Assembly: GCA_963755915.1 (NCBI GenBank)
Contig: CAVWLP010000002.1
Location: 3,744,001 to 3,808,000 of the forward strand
DNA length: 64,000 nt
Direction of reading: 5' to 3'
Source of the DNA: an uncultured Phycisphaerales bacterium
Lineage (GTDB): Bacteria > Planctomycetota > Phycisphaerae > Tepidisphaerales > Tepidisphaeraceae
Positions within the stretch are counted from its first letter, which is position 1, and each line of letters opens with the position of its first letter. Under the pieces are notes generated by a model, which did not search any database, was not told the origin of the DNA, and was given only the letters and a program-made list of their open reading frames with translations. Below, one piece after another: positions 11,173 to 22,186 of the stretch. The translations under genes and the position numbers were made by a program.

Positions 11173-13647
11173 ATGAGGAATCGCCGGAGCAATCTTCTTA
11201 TCGCCGCTGTTTGTGCGGGGGTTGGCTTACCAGCCGTGGGCGGGCTCGCGCAGGTTGTTTTGACGGTCAATCCGGCGCAGCCGCAGAGCGGATCCAATTA
11301 CACCACGATTCAGGCGGCCATTAACGCGGTTCCGTTCAACAGCCTTACGCCGTACGACATTCAGATTTCGCCCGGAACGTACAGCGAGGCCGACACAATC
11401 AGCAGCAGCCAGCAGTTCATCACCCTCCAGGGGATAGGCGCCGGCCCGAGCGCCGTCACGATCGCGGGCGGCGCCGGTGCGGTGCAAATGACTGCCGCCG
11501 GAAATGACCTGACCTTTGAAAATCTGACGTTCCAAAACACCGGCGGCCCCAGCGCGGGGCAGCAGAACACGCTGCTGATTACGGGCGACAAACAGGTGTA
11601 CAACAATGTCGCCATCAACGCATATCAGGACACGCTGCAAACCGAAAACACCGGGCGGTTTTACATTGTCAATAGCACGATCCAGGGCACCGTCGATTTC
11701 ATTTACGGCTCGGCGACAGGATTCTTCACCAACGATACGATCACGCAACTATCGAGCGGCGGCACCGGTTTCACCGCGCCCAGCACGCCGCAGACGAGCA
11801 ACTATGGGTTGGTCTTCTACAACGACACGCTGAATTCGCTCTCGCCGAATTCCACGACGCTGGCCCGCTCCTGGAATTCGGCGTATGGCCAATCCGCGTT
11901 CATCGACGACACGCTTGAAAGCAACAACATCGCGGGCTTCGGGAGTTTCGGCGCCGGAACGACATACAGCACCGAACGGCTCGTCACTTACGGACTGGTT
12001 AATTCGAGCAATCAGCCGATCAACACCTCCGCCAGCAACTGGAGTTCGACGGCGATCTGGCCCTACCAGTTGACCGCGACGCAAGCCGCGCCGTTCATGT
12101 CGGCGACAACGGTGTTGAACGGCTGGAATCCGACGCAGCCCATGGCGCCGATCCTTTGGCAAGGGGGCAACGGAACGTGGGAAAACGGGTCGAACTGGTC
12201 GTCGGCGGCTGAACCTGCGTCGGGGCAGTCGATTTATATCGAGCCCTCGTCGAGCTCCAGCATCACGCTCACCAGCACCGACACCGTCGATTCGCTCAGC
12301 GTGGGCGTGCCCGGCTCCAGCGGCGGACAGCCGACCAATACCGGCGGAACGCCATCCACTCTGACGATTGGGTCGGGCGGAAATCTCACCGTCAATGGCG
12401 AGCTTCATCTCGACGGCGCAAGCTCTCTGATCCTGAATGGCGGGGCAATAAGCACGCCTCGGCTTGATAGCGGCAACAATAATGACCAGGTCGTCGTCGA
12501 GGGCGGGTCCAGTTTCAACGTCTCAAGCTGGACGAACTCCAACGGCGCCTGGCCGTCCGGAACGATCACCGTTCATGACGGTTCGCTGCACCTGGGCTCT
12601 ACGGGCCTTGGGCCGATTATCGTGCTGGCGCCCAGCGCCACCGACTCCGCCACCTACAACATTCAGGGCACCGATTCTCTTACGCTTCGGCAGATTCAAA
12701 CCGGGGCCGGGTCAACTGTCATCAACATGTCCGGCACAAGTTCCTCGACCGTGGTCAACGCGACCTACGGCCTGGAGCTCGGCTCCTCCGGTTCCGGCGG
12801 CAATTTCACCTTCAACCTCTCCGGCGGAACCTTCAGCGGCATTAACTACCAGATCGGCTCCGCGGCCGGCACTTACACCGGAAACCAGAGCGGCGGAACG
12901 ATCGAGCAATATGGAAACGAATACGCCGGGCAGGAGGAATTCGAATTGGCCCAGGCGACGGGCGCCGTCTCAACGTGGAATCTCACCGGCTCTACCGCGG
13001 CCATGGATTTCGGCTGCATGGCCGTCGGGGAAGGGGGTAACGGAACGGTCAACCAATCGGCCGGCAGTGTGACACTCGACTCCCTTACCTATGCCGGCCA
13101 GACCGCGCCGACCGATTTGGGCCTGCGCCTCGCGCAAAACGGCAGCGGCAAGGGAACGTACGTCATCTCCGGCGGCTCACTGACGATCGACCAGGGGGGC
13201 CTCACGCTCGGCTATACCTTCACCGGTACGACTTCCGGGGGAACCGCAAACTTCCACGTCATCGGCGCTGCCCCGGCAATTTCCATCACTGGAAATTACC
13301 TCGAAAATTCCGGCTCAACCCTCACCGCGGAAATCAATTCTTCGGGCCTCTCTACGATTGACATCACCGGGAATGTTAACTTCGCCAGCGGGTCACTTTT
13401 GGATCTCATCAGCGATGTGGGCCTGAGTTATGGCTCGACCTTTACGATCATGAAATGGAACGGCACGGAGACCGGCACACCGACGCTTTCTCCATCCGAC
13501 AGTCCCAGCCAATGGAGCTTTTCCATCGCCAATAACCAACTCACGGCCACCTACGTTCCCGAGCCGGCGGTGGGGGGGTTGCTGGTTTTCTCGGCCTGGG
13601 GTCTGCTCGCCCGGCGTCGGCGGCGGAGTCGGTGGCCGGGACACTGA
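11173..13647 (+). CDS. Pectin methylesterase (CE8) fused to beta-helix repeats and a PEP-CTERM anchor
   Basis: YTTIQAAINA, PGTYSE, AYQDTL, IQGTVDFIYG; C-terminal VPEP-hydrophobic-RRRRR. Confidence 0.88.
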   Translation: MRNRRSNLLIAAVCAGVGLPAVGGLAQVVLTVNPAQPQSGSNYTTIQAAINAVPFNSLTPYDIQISPGTYSEADTISSSQQFITLQGIGAGPSAVTIAGGAGAVQMTAAGNDLTFENLTFQNTGGPSAGQQNTLLITGDKQVYNNVAINAYQDTLQTENTGRFYIVNSTIQGTVDFIYGSATGFFTNDTITQLSSGGTGFTAPSTPQTSNYGLVFYNDTLNSLSPNSTTLARSWNSAYGQSAFIDDTLESNNIAGFGSFGAGTTYSTERLVTYGLVNSSNQPINTSASNWSSTAIWPYQLTATQAAPFMSATTVLNGWNPTQPMAPILWQGGNGTWENGSNWSSAAEPASGQSIYIEPSSSSSITLTSTDTVDSLSVGVPGSSGGQPTNTGGTPSTLTIGSGGNLTVNGELHLDGASSLILNGGAISTPRLDSGNNNDQVVVEGGSSFNVSSWTNSNGAWPSGTITVHDGSLHLGSTGLGPIIVLAPSATDSATYNIQGTDSLTLRQIQTGAGSTVINMSGTSSSTVVNATYGLELGSSGSGGNFTFNLSGGTFSGINYQIGSAAGTYTGNQSGGTIEQYGNEYAGQEEFELAQATGAVSTWNLTGSTAAMDFGCMAVGEGGNGTVNQSAGSVTLDSLTYAGQTAPTDLGLRLAQNGSGKGTYVISGGSLTIDQGGLTLGYTFTGTTSGGTANFHVIGAAPAISITGNYLENSGSTLTAEINSSGLSTIDITGNVNFASGSLLDLISDVGLSYGSTFTIMKWNGTETGTPTLSPSDSPSQWSFSIANNQLTATYVPEPAVGGLLVFSAWGLLARRRRRSRWPGH

Positions 13648-13913
13648 TACCGAAACTGCAATTGCGCTTGCACAATTTGGACAGTGCCGCAATTCCTAAA
13701 GACGACTGAGAGAATCTGAAACGCCGACGCCCGATCCACCGGCTTATTCCACCCCAACCGGCCCCCAAAACCCCTTGCCGGGATTTGAAAAAAGATATCG
13801 GTATAAACGCAAAGGAAACGAATTGTCGATTCGCGCGGATCGCGACAAGATGGCCCCAGCGTTTCGCATCTCTCAAAAATTTTGGTCGAGTCCTACTTTC
13901 GGAGGGTATCAGG

Positions 13914-16900
13914 ATGGGCAGGCTCACGTCGCATTGCGTTGGAAAAAAGGCAAATTCACAAAACCAGAATAAGAGGGCCAATCGAATCTTCGCCAGGAGG
14001 TTGTCTGTCCTGGTGTCGGCCACGGCCGTCAGCTTTCTGACCCTGAAGGGGCACGCGCAGACGACCAACCTCACGTGGGATCCGGCGCAGAACGCCAACA
14101 ACTCGCTGCCCGCCAGCGGCGGGAGCGGGACGTGGAACACGACGCTCGCCAACTGGTCCAACGGCACCGCCGACGTCGTTTGGGCCGACACCACCGGGAG
14201 CCTCGACAACGCCGTCTTCGGCGGAACCGCCGGAACCGTTACCCTCAACACCAGCCTCGGTACGTCCGACCTGATCTTTCAAACCAGCGGCTACACGATC
14301 AGCGGCACCGGCATTCTCGAAATGTCCAACAACGGTGCCACCGATCTCGACTCCAGCGCGCTCACCAGCTCCGGCACCGAAACGCTTTCCGCGATCGACG
14401 TGCACGCGGGTTCAGTCACCTGGAACATCGGCGCCGCTTCGCTGAACTTCGCCGGCGCCGTGCGCGACAACGGCCAGTCGCACATGACCCTTACCGTCAA
14501 CGGAACCGGGACGGCGCTCTTTTCCGGCGGGCTTACCTTGTCGCAGAGCAACTCGTCACGAACTTGGGTACTTGCCGGCGGCGAAAATCTCGACGTCACC
14601 GGCTTGATCCAGGACGGCGGCACCAACGTCACCAACGGCTTCGTCTATGACGGAACGGGAACACTCACCCTCGCGGATACAAGCAACAGCTTCGTCGTAG
14701 GAAGCGGCCAATCCGTAACCGTCGCCAGCGGTGTTATGGCTATCGCCAATCCCGGTGCGCTCGGCGGAGCGTCGGGATCACCCAATCCCATGGAAATCGG
14801 AAACAACACCGCCGAAGCCACCTTCCAGGGCATTGGAACCGTCTTAGTCTCCATTCCCAATGCCGTAACCCTCGGGGGCGGCACGGTTGGCGTCTCCGTC
14901 ATCGGCGGCACGACCCCGCTCAATTTCACCGGCGCCGTCACCGGCAGCGGCTCGGTTGACGACCTCAACGTCAACAACACCGCGCTTACCACCTTCAGCG
15001 GCAACTTCTATCTCGGCAGCTCGGGCAGTCGAACGGTGAATATCGGCGGAACGGGCAACCTCCTGATCAGCGCTCCCGTCGGCGACACCCCCACAGGCCC
15101 CGGTCCTTGCAGCCTTAACTATGTCGGTACAAGAACCCTTACCCTCAACAATGCCACCAACAGTTTCACCGGGTCCCTGGGCGTAGACAGCGGCACCCTT
15201 TTCCTCGCCCCCGGCGCCATTGGAGCCGCGACCCAATTCAATTTCGGCAACAACACCGCCTCCGCCACTTTGCTGCCCGATGGGGGTGATCTCAACATCG
15301 CCGTTCCCACTTCGCTCAACGTGAGCCAGACCACTGGGGCGGACATCGTGGCCGGTTCCAACAACGTCAACTTCTCCGGGACCGTCACCGGCGCACAAGC
15401 CCATGTTCAATTCCAGAACAACAGCACCGGGCTCACGACCTTTTCCGGTCCGGTTTACCTCTCTCCCAACACCACCAACGGCGAAACGGTCAATTTCGGA
15501 GGTTCGGGCAACATCCTGATCAGCGGCCAGATCTCCGACGCAAATGGCGCCACGGGCGCTAATCCCGGCAGCGTCGTCTTTAACGGCACTGGAACCGTCA
15601 CGGTTTCGAATTCCAACCTCTATACCGGCACCACGCAGATCTCCAGCGGTGAAGTCGTCGTCGCCAGCAGCAACGCCACGGGCGACAATCCATCCAGCAC
15701 CGTCACCCTCAGCGGCGGTATCCTCGCCAGCAGCGCCGGGTCCTATTTCACACTCGCCAACACCGTGGCCGCCGGCAGCGGGGCGCACACCATCGTGCCT
15801 GGCGGCGTCGATGGCGTCGGCACGCTGGGCGTTGCGGGATTGATCACGAACAGCAATACCACCCTCGAATTTCAGCTCGGCACGGGCTCGGGAACCATCA
15901 CTAACGGCAGCCAGTTGATCCTCACCGGAGGCGCGGGAAGCGCCACCATCGGCACGGGCACAAACTTGGAATTCACCGGTTCGACAGCCGCGGGCAACGA
16001 TTACGAACTGATTGGCGACACCAGCGGCGGAACCGTCGTCTCCGGCCTGCCGCTGGGGAACTTCACCCTGCCGGCCGCGCCGGCGGGTGAGACCTATTCG
16101 CTTGCCGACGTGGGCAATTTCATCGACCTGGTCGTCGCCTCATCGGGACCGGTTTCGCTCTTCTGGGATAATGCCGGCGGCAGTGGCAATGGCACCACCT
16201 GGGATACCAGCAACCAGAACTGGAACAACGGTTCAGCCGCAACGACCTACGCCGACGGTGCGGCCGTCACCTTCAACGACACCAACGCCCTCCACTATGC
16301 CGTAACCCTCACCACCACCGTCAGTCCCGCCTCGGTGACGGTCAACAGCTCCGGCAACTACTCCATCACCGGCGGTGGTCTCATCGTCGCCACCGGCGGA
16401 TTCACGAAGATGGGCACGAGCACTCTGACGCTCGGCGTTGGTCTGACCGCCAGCAGCCTGGCCATCAACGGTGGAAACGTCGTGCTTGCGAGCAACACGA
16501 CCGCCAGCAGCGGCTGGACCGCCACCAATCCCGTCAGCAATATCAACGTCTCCTCGCTGACCATTGCGGCCAACAGCGTTCTGGACATCTCCAATAACCA
16601 CGTGATCATCGACTACGGCGCCACCGACCCGATGTCTACCATCCTGGGCTACCTCAAGTCCGGCTTCAACAACGGCGCCTGGAACGGGACCTCTGGAATC
16701 ATCTCGTCCGCCGCCCAGACCAAAACCAACGGCTTGACCTACAGCATCGGTTGGGCCGACGGAAACGACAAAACCGGGGCCGTGAAAAACCTCACCAGCG
16801 GCGAGATCGAATTGAAGTACACGCTGGTCGGCGACGCCAATCTCGACGGCACCGTCAACGGCTCCGACTTCTCGATCCTGGCCGCCAACTTCGGCCTCGG

Positions 16901-17168
16901 CGTCACCAACTGGGACCAGGGGAACTTCCTGTATGGCAGTTCGGTCAACGGCTCCGACTTCAGCGCCTTGGCGGCCAACTTCGGCCAGGGCGACAGCGGC
17001 GCTGCCGTAACCCCGGCGGACATCGCCGCACTCGATGCCTTTGCCGCCGCCAACGGCCTGCCCGCGCCGACGATCGCCGCGGTGCCGGAACCGGCCACGC
17101 TTGGCCTGCTGGCCATCGGCAGCCTCGGCCTGATGTCCCGGCGGCGCAAGCGGGAGACTTTGAACTAG
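13914..17168 (+). CDS. Large surface protein: autotransporter-type beta-strand repeats, dockerin-like module, PEP-CTERM
   Basis: Repeated [13 protein letters not shown] motifs; GDANLDGTVNGSDF; VPEPATLGLL...RRRKR. Confidence 0.85.
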   Translation: MGRLTSHCVGKKANSQNQNKRANRIFARRLSVLVSATAVSFLTLKGHAQTTNLTWDPAQNANNSLPASGGSGTWNTTLANWSNGTADVVWADTTGSLDNAVFGGTAGTVTLNTSLGTSDLIFQTSGYTISGTGILEMSNNGATDLDSSALTSSGTETLSAIDVHAGSVTWNIGAASLNFAGAVRDNGQSHMTLTVNGTGTALFSGGLTLSQSNSSRTWVLAGGENLDVTGLIQDGGTNVTNGFVYDGTGTLTLADTSNSFVVGSGQSVTVASGVMAIANPGALGGASGSPNPMEIGNNTAEATFQGIGTVLVSIPNAVTLGGGTVGVSVIGGTTPLNFTGAVTGSGSVDDLNVNNTALTTFSGNFYLGSSGSRTVNIGGTGNLLISAPVGDTPTGPGPCSLNYVGTRTLTLNNATNSFTGSLGVDSGTLFLAPGAIGAATQFNFGNNTASATLLPDGGDLNIAVPTSLNVSQTTGADIVAGSNNVNFSGTVTGAQAHVQFQNNSTGLTTFSGPVYLSPNTTNGETVNFGGSGNILISGQISDANGATGANPGSVVFNGTGTVTVSNSNLYTGTTQISSGEVVVASSNATGDNPSSTVTLSGGILASSAGSYFTLANTVAAGSGAHTIVPGGVDGVGTLGVAGLITNSNTTLEFQLGTGSGTITNGSQLILTGGAGSATIGTGTNLEFTGSTAAGNDYELIGDTSGGTVVSGLPLGNFTLPAAPAGETYSLADVGNFIDLVVASSGPVSLFWDNAGGSGNGTTWDTSNQNWNNGSAATTYADGAAVTFNDTNALHYAVTLTTTVSPASVTVNSSGNYSITGGGLIVATGGFTKMGTSTLTLGVGLTASSLAINGGNVVLASNTTASSGWTATNPVSNINVSSLTIAANSVLDISNNHVIIDYGATDPMSTILGYLKSGFNNGAWNGTSGIISSAAQTKTNGLTYSIGWADGNDKTGAVKNLTSGEIELKYTLVGDANLDGTVNGSDFSILAANFGLGVTNWDQGNFLYGSSVNGSDFSALAANFGQGDSGAAVTPADIAALDAFAAANGLPAPTIAAVPEPATLGLLAIGSLGLMSRRRKRETLN

Positions 17169-17200
17169 GAATCGCGTAGCGAATAAAGAGCAGAGGCGGA

Positions 17201-20200
17201 ATGATGATGTGTCGCCGAAAGCCCAGTCTTCGTCGCGCGGTTATAGATACCCTTGAGGCGCGCTGTCTTCTCTCGTCGATTCCGACGCCGACGATTCCGT
17301 CGCGCGTTTTCAACATCGAATCGTACGGGGCCGTCGACACATCCGCGAACAACACCACCGACATCCAGGCGGCCATCAGCGCGGCCGCCGCGGCAGGGTG
17401 GGGAATCGTCGAAATCCCCGCTGCCGCGCAGGATTGGGAGTGCGGGCCGCTGACCCTCTCCAGCAACATCGATTTTCAGGTCGACGCGGGTGCAACTCTT
17501 CAGATGCTCGCCTACGGAACTTATCCGCTGGTCAGCGGCGCAACCTCCTATGCCAATTTCATCGAGGCCAACGACGTCAGCAACGTCGAAATCTCCGGCG
17601 GCGGAACCATCGATGGCAACGGAGCCCCATGGTGGGTTGCATACAACAACGGCACCCTCACCGTCACGCGCCCGCAGATGGTCGCGATCAACAACTGCGA
17701 CATCGTCCTCATCGAAGGCATTACCCTCCAGAATCCCCCCAACACGCACATCTCCATTCAAAACGCCTGCAACGACGTGACGGTCCAGAACATCACGATC
17801 AACACGCCCGGCACCAATGCCCCCAACACCGACGGCATCGACGTCTCCGGCACCAACATGATCTTCCGCAACGACAGCATTTCCGACGGCGACGACAACA
17901 TCGCCATGGGCGCCGGCGCAACCAGCGGCGGTCCCGAAACCGCCAACATCACCATCATCGACTGCTTCTTCGGCGTCGGCCACGGCCTTTCCATCGGCAG
18001 CTACACCTCCGGAGGCGTCGATAACGTCACCGTGGCAGACTGCACTTTCAACGGCACAACCAGCGGAATCCGCATGAAATCCGAACGCGGCCGCGGGGGG
18101 CTCGTCGAGAACATCAGCTACTACAACATCACGATGACAAATGTCGAATACGCCATCGACATCAACAGCTATTACTCGGCGGCGGTGCCAAGCAACCCAC
18201 AAGACCCCGCCCAGCCCCTCGACCTCACCCCGTTCTGGCAAAACATTACCATCAGCAATCTTGTGAGCGCCACCACCTCTTCGCAGTCCAACTACAGCGG
18301 CTCCTACTGCGGGATTATCTGGGGCCTTCCCGAAGCGCCCGTCAGCGGCGTGACGCTCAGCAACGTGCAGCTTACGGCACGCTACGGCTTCGATCTCGAT
18401 CACGACACCAATGTCGCCTTCGACGCCGCCTGCCGGATCACGCCTCTGGGCGGAGGCTCGGAGGAAATGTCGGACACCTCCGCGCCCACGCCGTATGAAG
18501 TGACGGTCGAGCAGGAAGGGTATTCCGACGAAGACGTCGGCTCGCCTGCCACGGCCGGCGACACCGTGTACAATCCCGATGCCGCTCTGCTCACCGACAC
18601 CGCCGGGGGCACCGGCATCGGCGGGGCTTCCGACCAGTTCAATTTCCTCTCGGAAACCGCCACCGGAAACATCACCTATTTCGCAGACCTTACTTCCAAC
18701 TCCAGTTCCTCCTCCACCGACGGCGTGATGATCCGCGATTCGTCGAACACGGCCTCATCCGCGTTCGCCGACGCGGTCGTCACGCCCGGGTCGGTCGTCC
18801 AATTCCAATACCGCAGCGCCAACGGTGGAACCGTCAGCACCGACTCCGTCAGCAATGTCACCGCCCCCGTCTGGCTTGAAGTCGTCCGCAGCGGAAGCAC
18901 CTTCAGCGGGTATTACAGCACCAACGGCACAACCTGGAACTTGATCGGATCCGCCAGCGTTACCATGTCCAGCACCGAGATGGTCGGCGTTGCTGTCGCG
19001 GCCAACAGTTCCAGCTCCACGACAACAGCCCAATTCGCCAGCTTGGCGGGCCCCAGCATCACCACCGAGCCCCTCGCCAGTCCCCAGCCCGTCACAGGCA
19101 CCACCGCCAACCTCAGCGTCAGCGCCACCGAATCCGGCAGCACCCTTACCTACACCTGGTCTATTCTCGAATCCCCCAGCGGGGTAACCACACCCACCTT
19201 CAGCACGAATGGCACTTCGACTTCCAACGACACCACCGCCACGTTTTTCGGCGCGGGAATCTATGAATTCCTCGTTACGGTGACCGATTCAAACAACGAT
19301 GCTCGATACGCTGTCCTTGGCGTCGGCGTCAATCAAACCCCGACTGCCGTGACCGTTAAGCCGGCCTCCACGGCCGTCTTGGTCAACACCAGCTCCGTCT
19401 TTACAGCCAGCGCCACCGACCAATTCGGCGTCACCTTCGAGCCGAATTTCTCCTGGTCGCTCGTCAGCGGCAGCGGCACGCAGGATTCCTCGGCGGGCGT
19501 CTACAATTCTCCGAACACCGCTGGTTCCGCGACAATCGGCGCCACCGCCGGCTCGGTGAGCAACACCGCTTCCATCACCATCGTCCCCGTCTTTGCTGTC
19601 GAATCGGGGTCAACCCTCGAAGTCACCCTCAATTCCACCGGCACGGTCACGCTGTCCACTTCCGGCAGCAGCGTCACCGCATCCGAAGACGGCATCCTCA
19701 AGGGATTCACCGGTGTCACCGCACTCACTGTCACCGACAGCGGCAGCGGAGACACGCTTAACTTCGACGGCCCGCTGGCCGATCCCTTCATTTTCTCCAA
19801 TGCCGGCACCTCGACGATCAACGTCAACACCGGCACGCTCAATTTCGCGCCGGTCTCCAGCATCGCCCTCGGCACGCTCAACATCGCCTCCGGCGCGCTC
19901 GCCGCCGTGCCGGTCAATTCTTCCGCCCAAACCCTGCTCCTTCTCAATGGCCTTTCCATCACCTCCGGAACGCTCGACCTCAGCGACAACGAACTGCTCA
20001 TCACCTACGGCGGCGGAAGCGATCCGATGTCAGCCATCTATACCTTTATCCAGTCCGGCTATAACAACGGCGGTTGGAACGGCCCGGGAATCATCTCCAC
20101 GTCCGCCCGCACGCCCACGAACGGCCTCACCTACGCCCTCGGATTCTCGGATGGAAAAGACGGCATCGTTTCGGGCCTCTCTTCCGGCCAGATCGAAGTG

Positions 20201-20545
20201 AAATACACCCTCCTCGGCGACGCCAATCTCGACGGCACCGTCAACGGAACCGATTTCTCCATCCTCGCCGGCAATTTCGGACTCGGCTACACCAACTGGG
20301 ACCAGGGCAACTTCCTCTTCGCCTCCTCCGTCAACGGTTCCGATTTCTCCGCCCTCTCCGCCAATTTCGGGCAGGGCGTAGCGCTTCCCGCGGCGGTGAT
20401 CGTTGAAGCCCCGGCGGCGGGGGTCACTCCGGCCTCTACCTCCACAACCGCCGACACCACTTCCGACAATTCCGTCACGACGACTGTCTTGAAAAAATCC
20501 CCCCCGCACCCGAATATCTCGCGGCATAACGGAGATCATCGTTAG
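17201..20545 (+). CDS. Modular extracellular GH28 polygalacturonase (LEPR-xLL-type leader, beta-sandwich/Ig-like domains, dockerin-like tail)
   Basis: IDTLEARCLLS leader; NTDG, GDDN, GHG, RMKS; PVWLEVVRSGSTFSGYYSTNG; GDANLDGTVNGTDF. Confidence 0.88.
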   Translation: MMMCRRKPSLRRAVIDTLEARCLLSSIPTPTIPSRVFNIESYGAVDTSANNTTDIQAAISAAAAAGWGIVEIPAAAQDWECGPLTLSSNIDFQVDAGATLQMLAYGTYPLVSGATSYANFIEANDVSNVEISGGGTIDGNGAPWWVAYNNGTLTVTRPQMVAINNCDIVLIEGITLQNPPNTHISIQNACNDVTVQNITINTPGTNAPNTDGIDVSGTNMIFRNDSISDGDDNIAMGAGATSGGPETANITIIDCFFGVGHGLSIGSYTSGGVDNVTVADCTFNGTTSGIRMKSERGRGGLVENISYYNITMTNVEYAIDINSYYSAAVPSNPQDPAQPLDLTPFWQNITISNLVSATTSSQSNYSGSYCGIIWGLPEAPVSGVTLSNVQLTARYGFDLDHDTNVAFDAACRITPLGGGSEEMSDTSAPTPYEVTVEQEGYSDEDVGSPATAGDTVYNPDAALLTDTAGGTGIGGASDQFNFLSETATGNITYFADLTSNSSSSSTDGVMIRDSSNTASSAFADAVVTPGSVVQFQYRSANGGTVSTDSVSNVTAPVWLEVVRSGSTFSGYYSTNGTTWNLIGSASVTMSSTEMVGVAVAANSSSSTTTAQFASLAGPSITTEPLASPQPVTGTTANLSVSATESGSTLTYTWSILESPSGVTTPTFSTNGTSTSNDTTATFFGAGIYEFLVTVTDSNNDARYAVLGVGVNQTPTAVTVKPASTAVLVNTSSVFTASATDQFGVTFEPNFSWSLVSGSGTQDSSAGVYNSPNTAGSATIGATAGSVSNTASITIVPVFAVESGSTLEVTLNSTGTVTLSTSGSSVTASEDGILKGFTGVTALTVTDSGSGDTLNFDGPLADPFIFSNAGTSTINVNTGTLNFAPVSSIALGTLNIASGALAAVPVNSSAQTLLLLNGLSITSGTLDLSDNELLITYGGGSDPMSAIYTFIQSGYNNGGWNGPGIISTSARTPTNGLTYALGFSDGKDGIVSGLSSGQIEVKYTLLGDANLDGTVNGTDFSILAGNFGLGYTNWDQGNFLFASSVNGSDFSALSANFGQGVALPAAVIVEAPAAGVTPASTSTTADTTSDNSVTTTVLKKSPPHPNISRHNGDHR

Positions 20546-20549
20546 TTCG

Positions 20550-21863
20550 ATGAAGATCATCGGTTGCGTCATCGTCTGGGTATTGGCAATCGGACCGGCA
20601 TCCCTCCTCGCCCAGTCGGCCCTTACCCAGCCGCCCCTGGTCCCCAAGCCGGTCATTCCCGACCGCCGGTTCAGTATCCTCGCCTACGGCGCGGTCGGCG
20701 ACGGAATCGCGAAAAACACGCTTGCCATCACGCGGACCATCGCCGCCTGCCAGGCGGCGGGCGGTGGCACCGTCGAAATCCCGCCCGGCCGGTTCCTTAC
20801 CGGGCCATTCGCCCTCATCAGCAATCTCAATCTTCATCTCGACGCCGGCGCTACGCTCGTCTTCAGTAACAATCCCGCCGATTACAAAATCACCAGCCGC
20901 CAGTTCCAGAACTGCATCCAGGCCACCGATTGCCACGACCTCGCCATCACCGGGCCGGGCACCATTGAAGGCCAGGGGGAGTTCTGGTGGAAGAATTTCG
21001 TCCGCCCCAAGACGGCCCCGGCGGATTTTCCGATGCCCCGCCGGCCCTTTTTGGTCGTCCTCTCGCAATGCCACCGGGTCTGGGTGCAGGGAATTACCCT
21101 GCAGAATTCGCCCAATTTTCACCTCGTTCCTGCGGGGTGCGATGACCTCACCATCGACGCCGTCCGCATCAAGGCCCCCGCCAAGTCGCCGAATACCGAC
21201 GGAATCGACCTCACTGCCCACAACTGCGTCATCACCAACTGTGTTATCGATGTCGGCGACGACAACCTGGTTCTCAAGCCGGGCGGCTCGGGCGATTCCA
21301 CCGAGCCGGCGTGCGAGAACATCTGGGTCAGCGGGTGCAAATTCCTCCACGGCCACGGCATGTCCATCGGTGGCCAGAGCCACGGCGGGGTCCGAAACCT
21401 CACCGTCCGCGACTGCACCTTCGACGAGACCGACGCTGGTATACGCATGAAATCCGCCCGCGGCGTCGGGGGCCTGGTCCAAAACCTCACCTACGAAAAC
21501 CTCCGCATGAACCAGGTGAAGATTGCCGTCTTCATCACCAGCTATTACCCCGAAATTCCCGCCAACCCGGCGACGTTGCCTTCCCTCCCGGTCAACAAGC
21601 AAACCCCCATCTGGCGCAACATTCTCATCCGCAACCTCACCTCTATCAACGGCGACACCGCCGGCCGAATCATCGGGCTGGCCGAAATGCCCATTTCCGG
21701 CATTGTCTTCGAAAACGTAAACCTCGCTGCCGAAAGGCCTCTGCAGATCGTCTGGGCCAATGACATTCAATTCTACGATTCGCGGATAACCGTCCCCAAA
21801 CAGCCGGTGATCTCCATCAGCCACGGCCAGGTCTTCGGCATCGACCCGAACACCGGCCGTTAA
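20550..21863 (+). CDS. GH28 polygalacturonase with signal peptide
   Basis: NTDGID, GDDN, GHGMSIG, RMKS motifs. Confidence 0.92.
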   Translation: MKIIGCVIVWVLAIGPASLLAQSALTQPPLVPKPVIPDRRFSILAYGAVGDGIAKNTLAITRTIAACQAAGGGTVEIPPGRFLTGPFALISNLNLHLDAGATLVFSNNPADYKITSRQFQNCIQATDCHDLAITGPGTIEGQGEFWWKNFVRPKTAPADFPMPRRPFLVVLSQCHRVWVQGITLQNSPNFHLVPAGCDDLTIDAVRIKAPAKSPNTDGIDLTAHNCVITNCVIDVGDDNLVLKPGGSGDSTEPACENIWVSGCKFLHGHGMSIGGQSHGGVRNLTVRDCTFDETDAGIRMKSARGVGGLVQNLTYENLRMNQVKIAVFITSYYPEIPANPATLPSLPVNKQTPIWRNILIRNLTSINGDTAGRIIGLAEMPISGIVFENVNLAAERPLQIVWANDIQFYDSRITVPKQPVISISHGQVFGIDPNTGR

Positions 21864-21876
21864 ACCGAGCCACTCT

Positions 21877-21960
21877 TATTACCCCCGCCCCCGGTACTCC
21901 GGGGGAATTGGAGGCTGAGCGAAGCGAAGTCCCGACTTGTCGGGAGCAGGGGGAGGGGGG
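21877..21960. repeat. REP-like palindromic element (CCCCCGGTACTCCGGGGG core) with an inserted second palindrome
   Basis: Core palindrome plus G-rich tail; internal gagcgaagcgaag and tcccgacttgtcggga; related copy at 36673-36769. Confidence 0.6.
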
Positions 21961-22186
21961 GATTGGTCGGCTGACGTAAACCAACAAACCGCTCTGTTAA
22001 ATACAAAGCCCCTTACCTTTTCCACCCGAAAAACAGCCGCCAGCAAGCCGAAATATCCGGTCTTTTCCGCCCCTTCCTACCCCGCCGCAGAATCGAAATG
22101 GAAAGACGTGTAAACGGAATACTAACTCCGACCCCGGTGGTAGTCTGCACCCCATCAAATCGGCGGCACAGCGAGGAGTTCACGCC

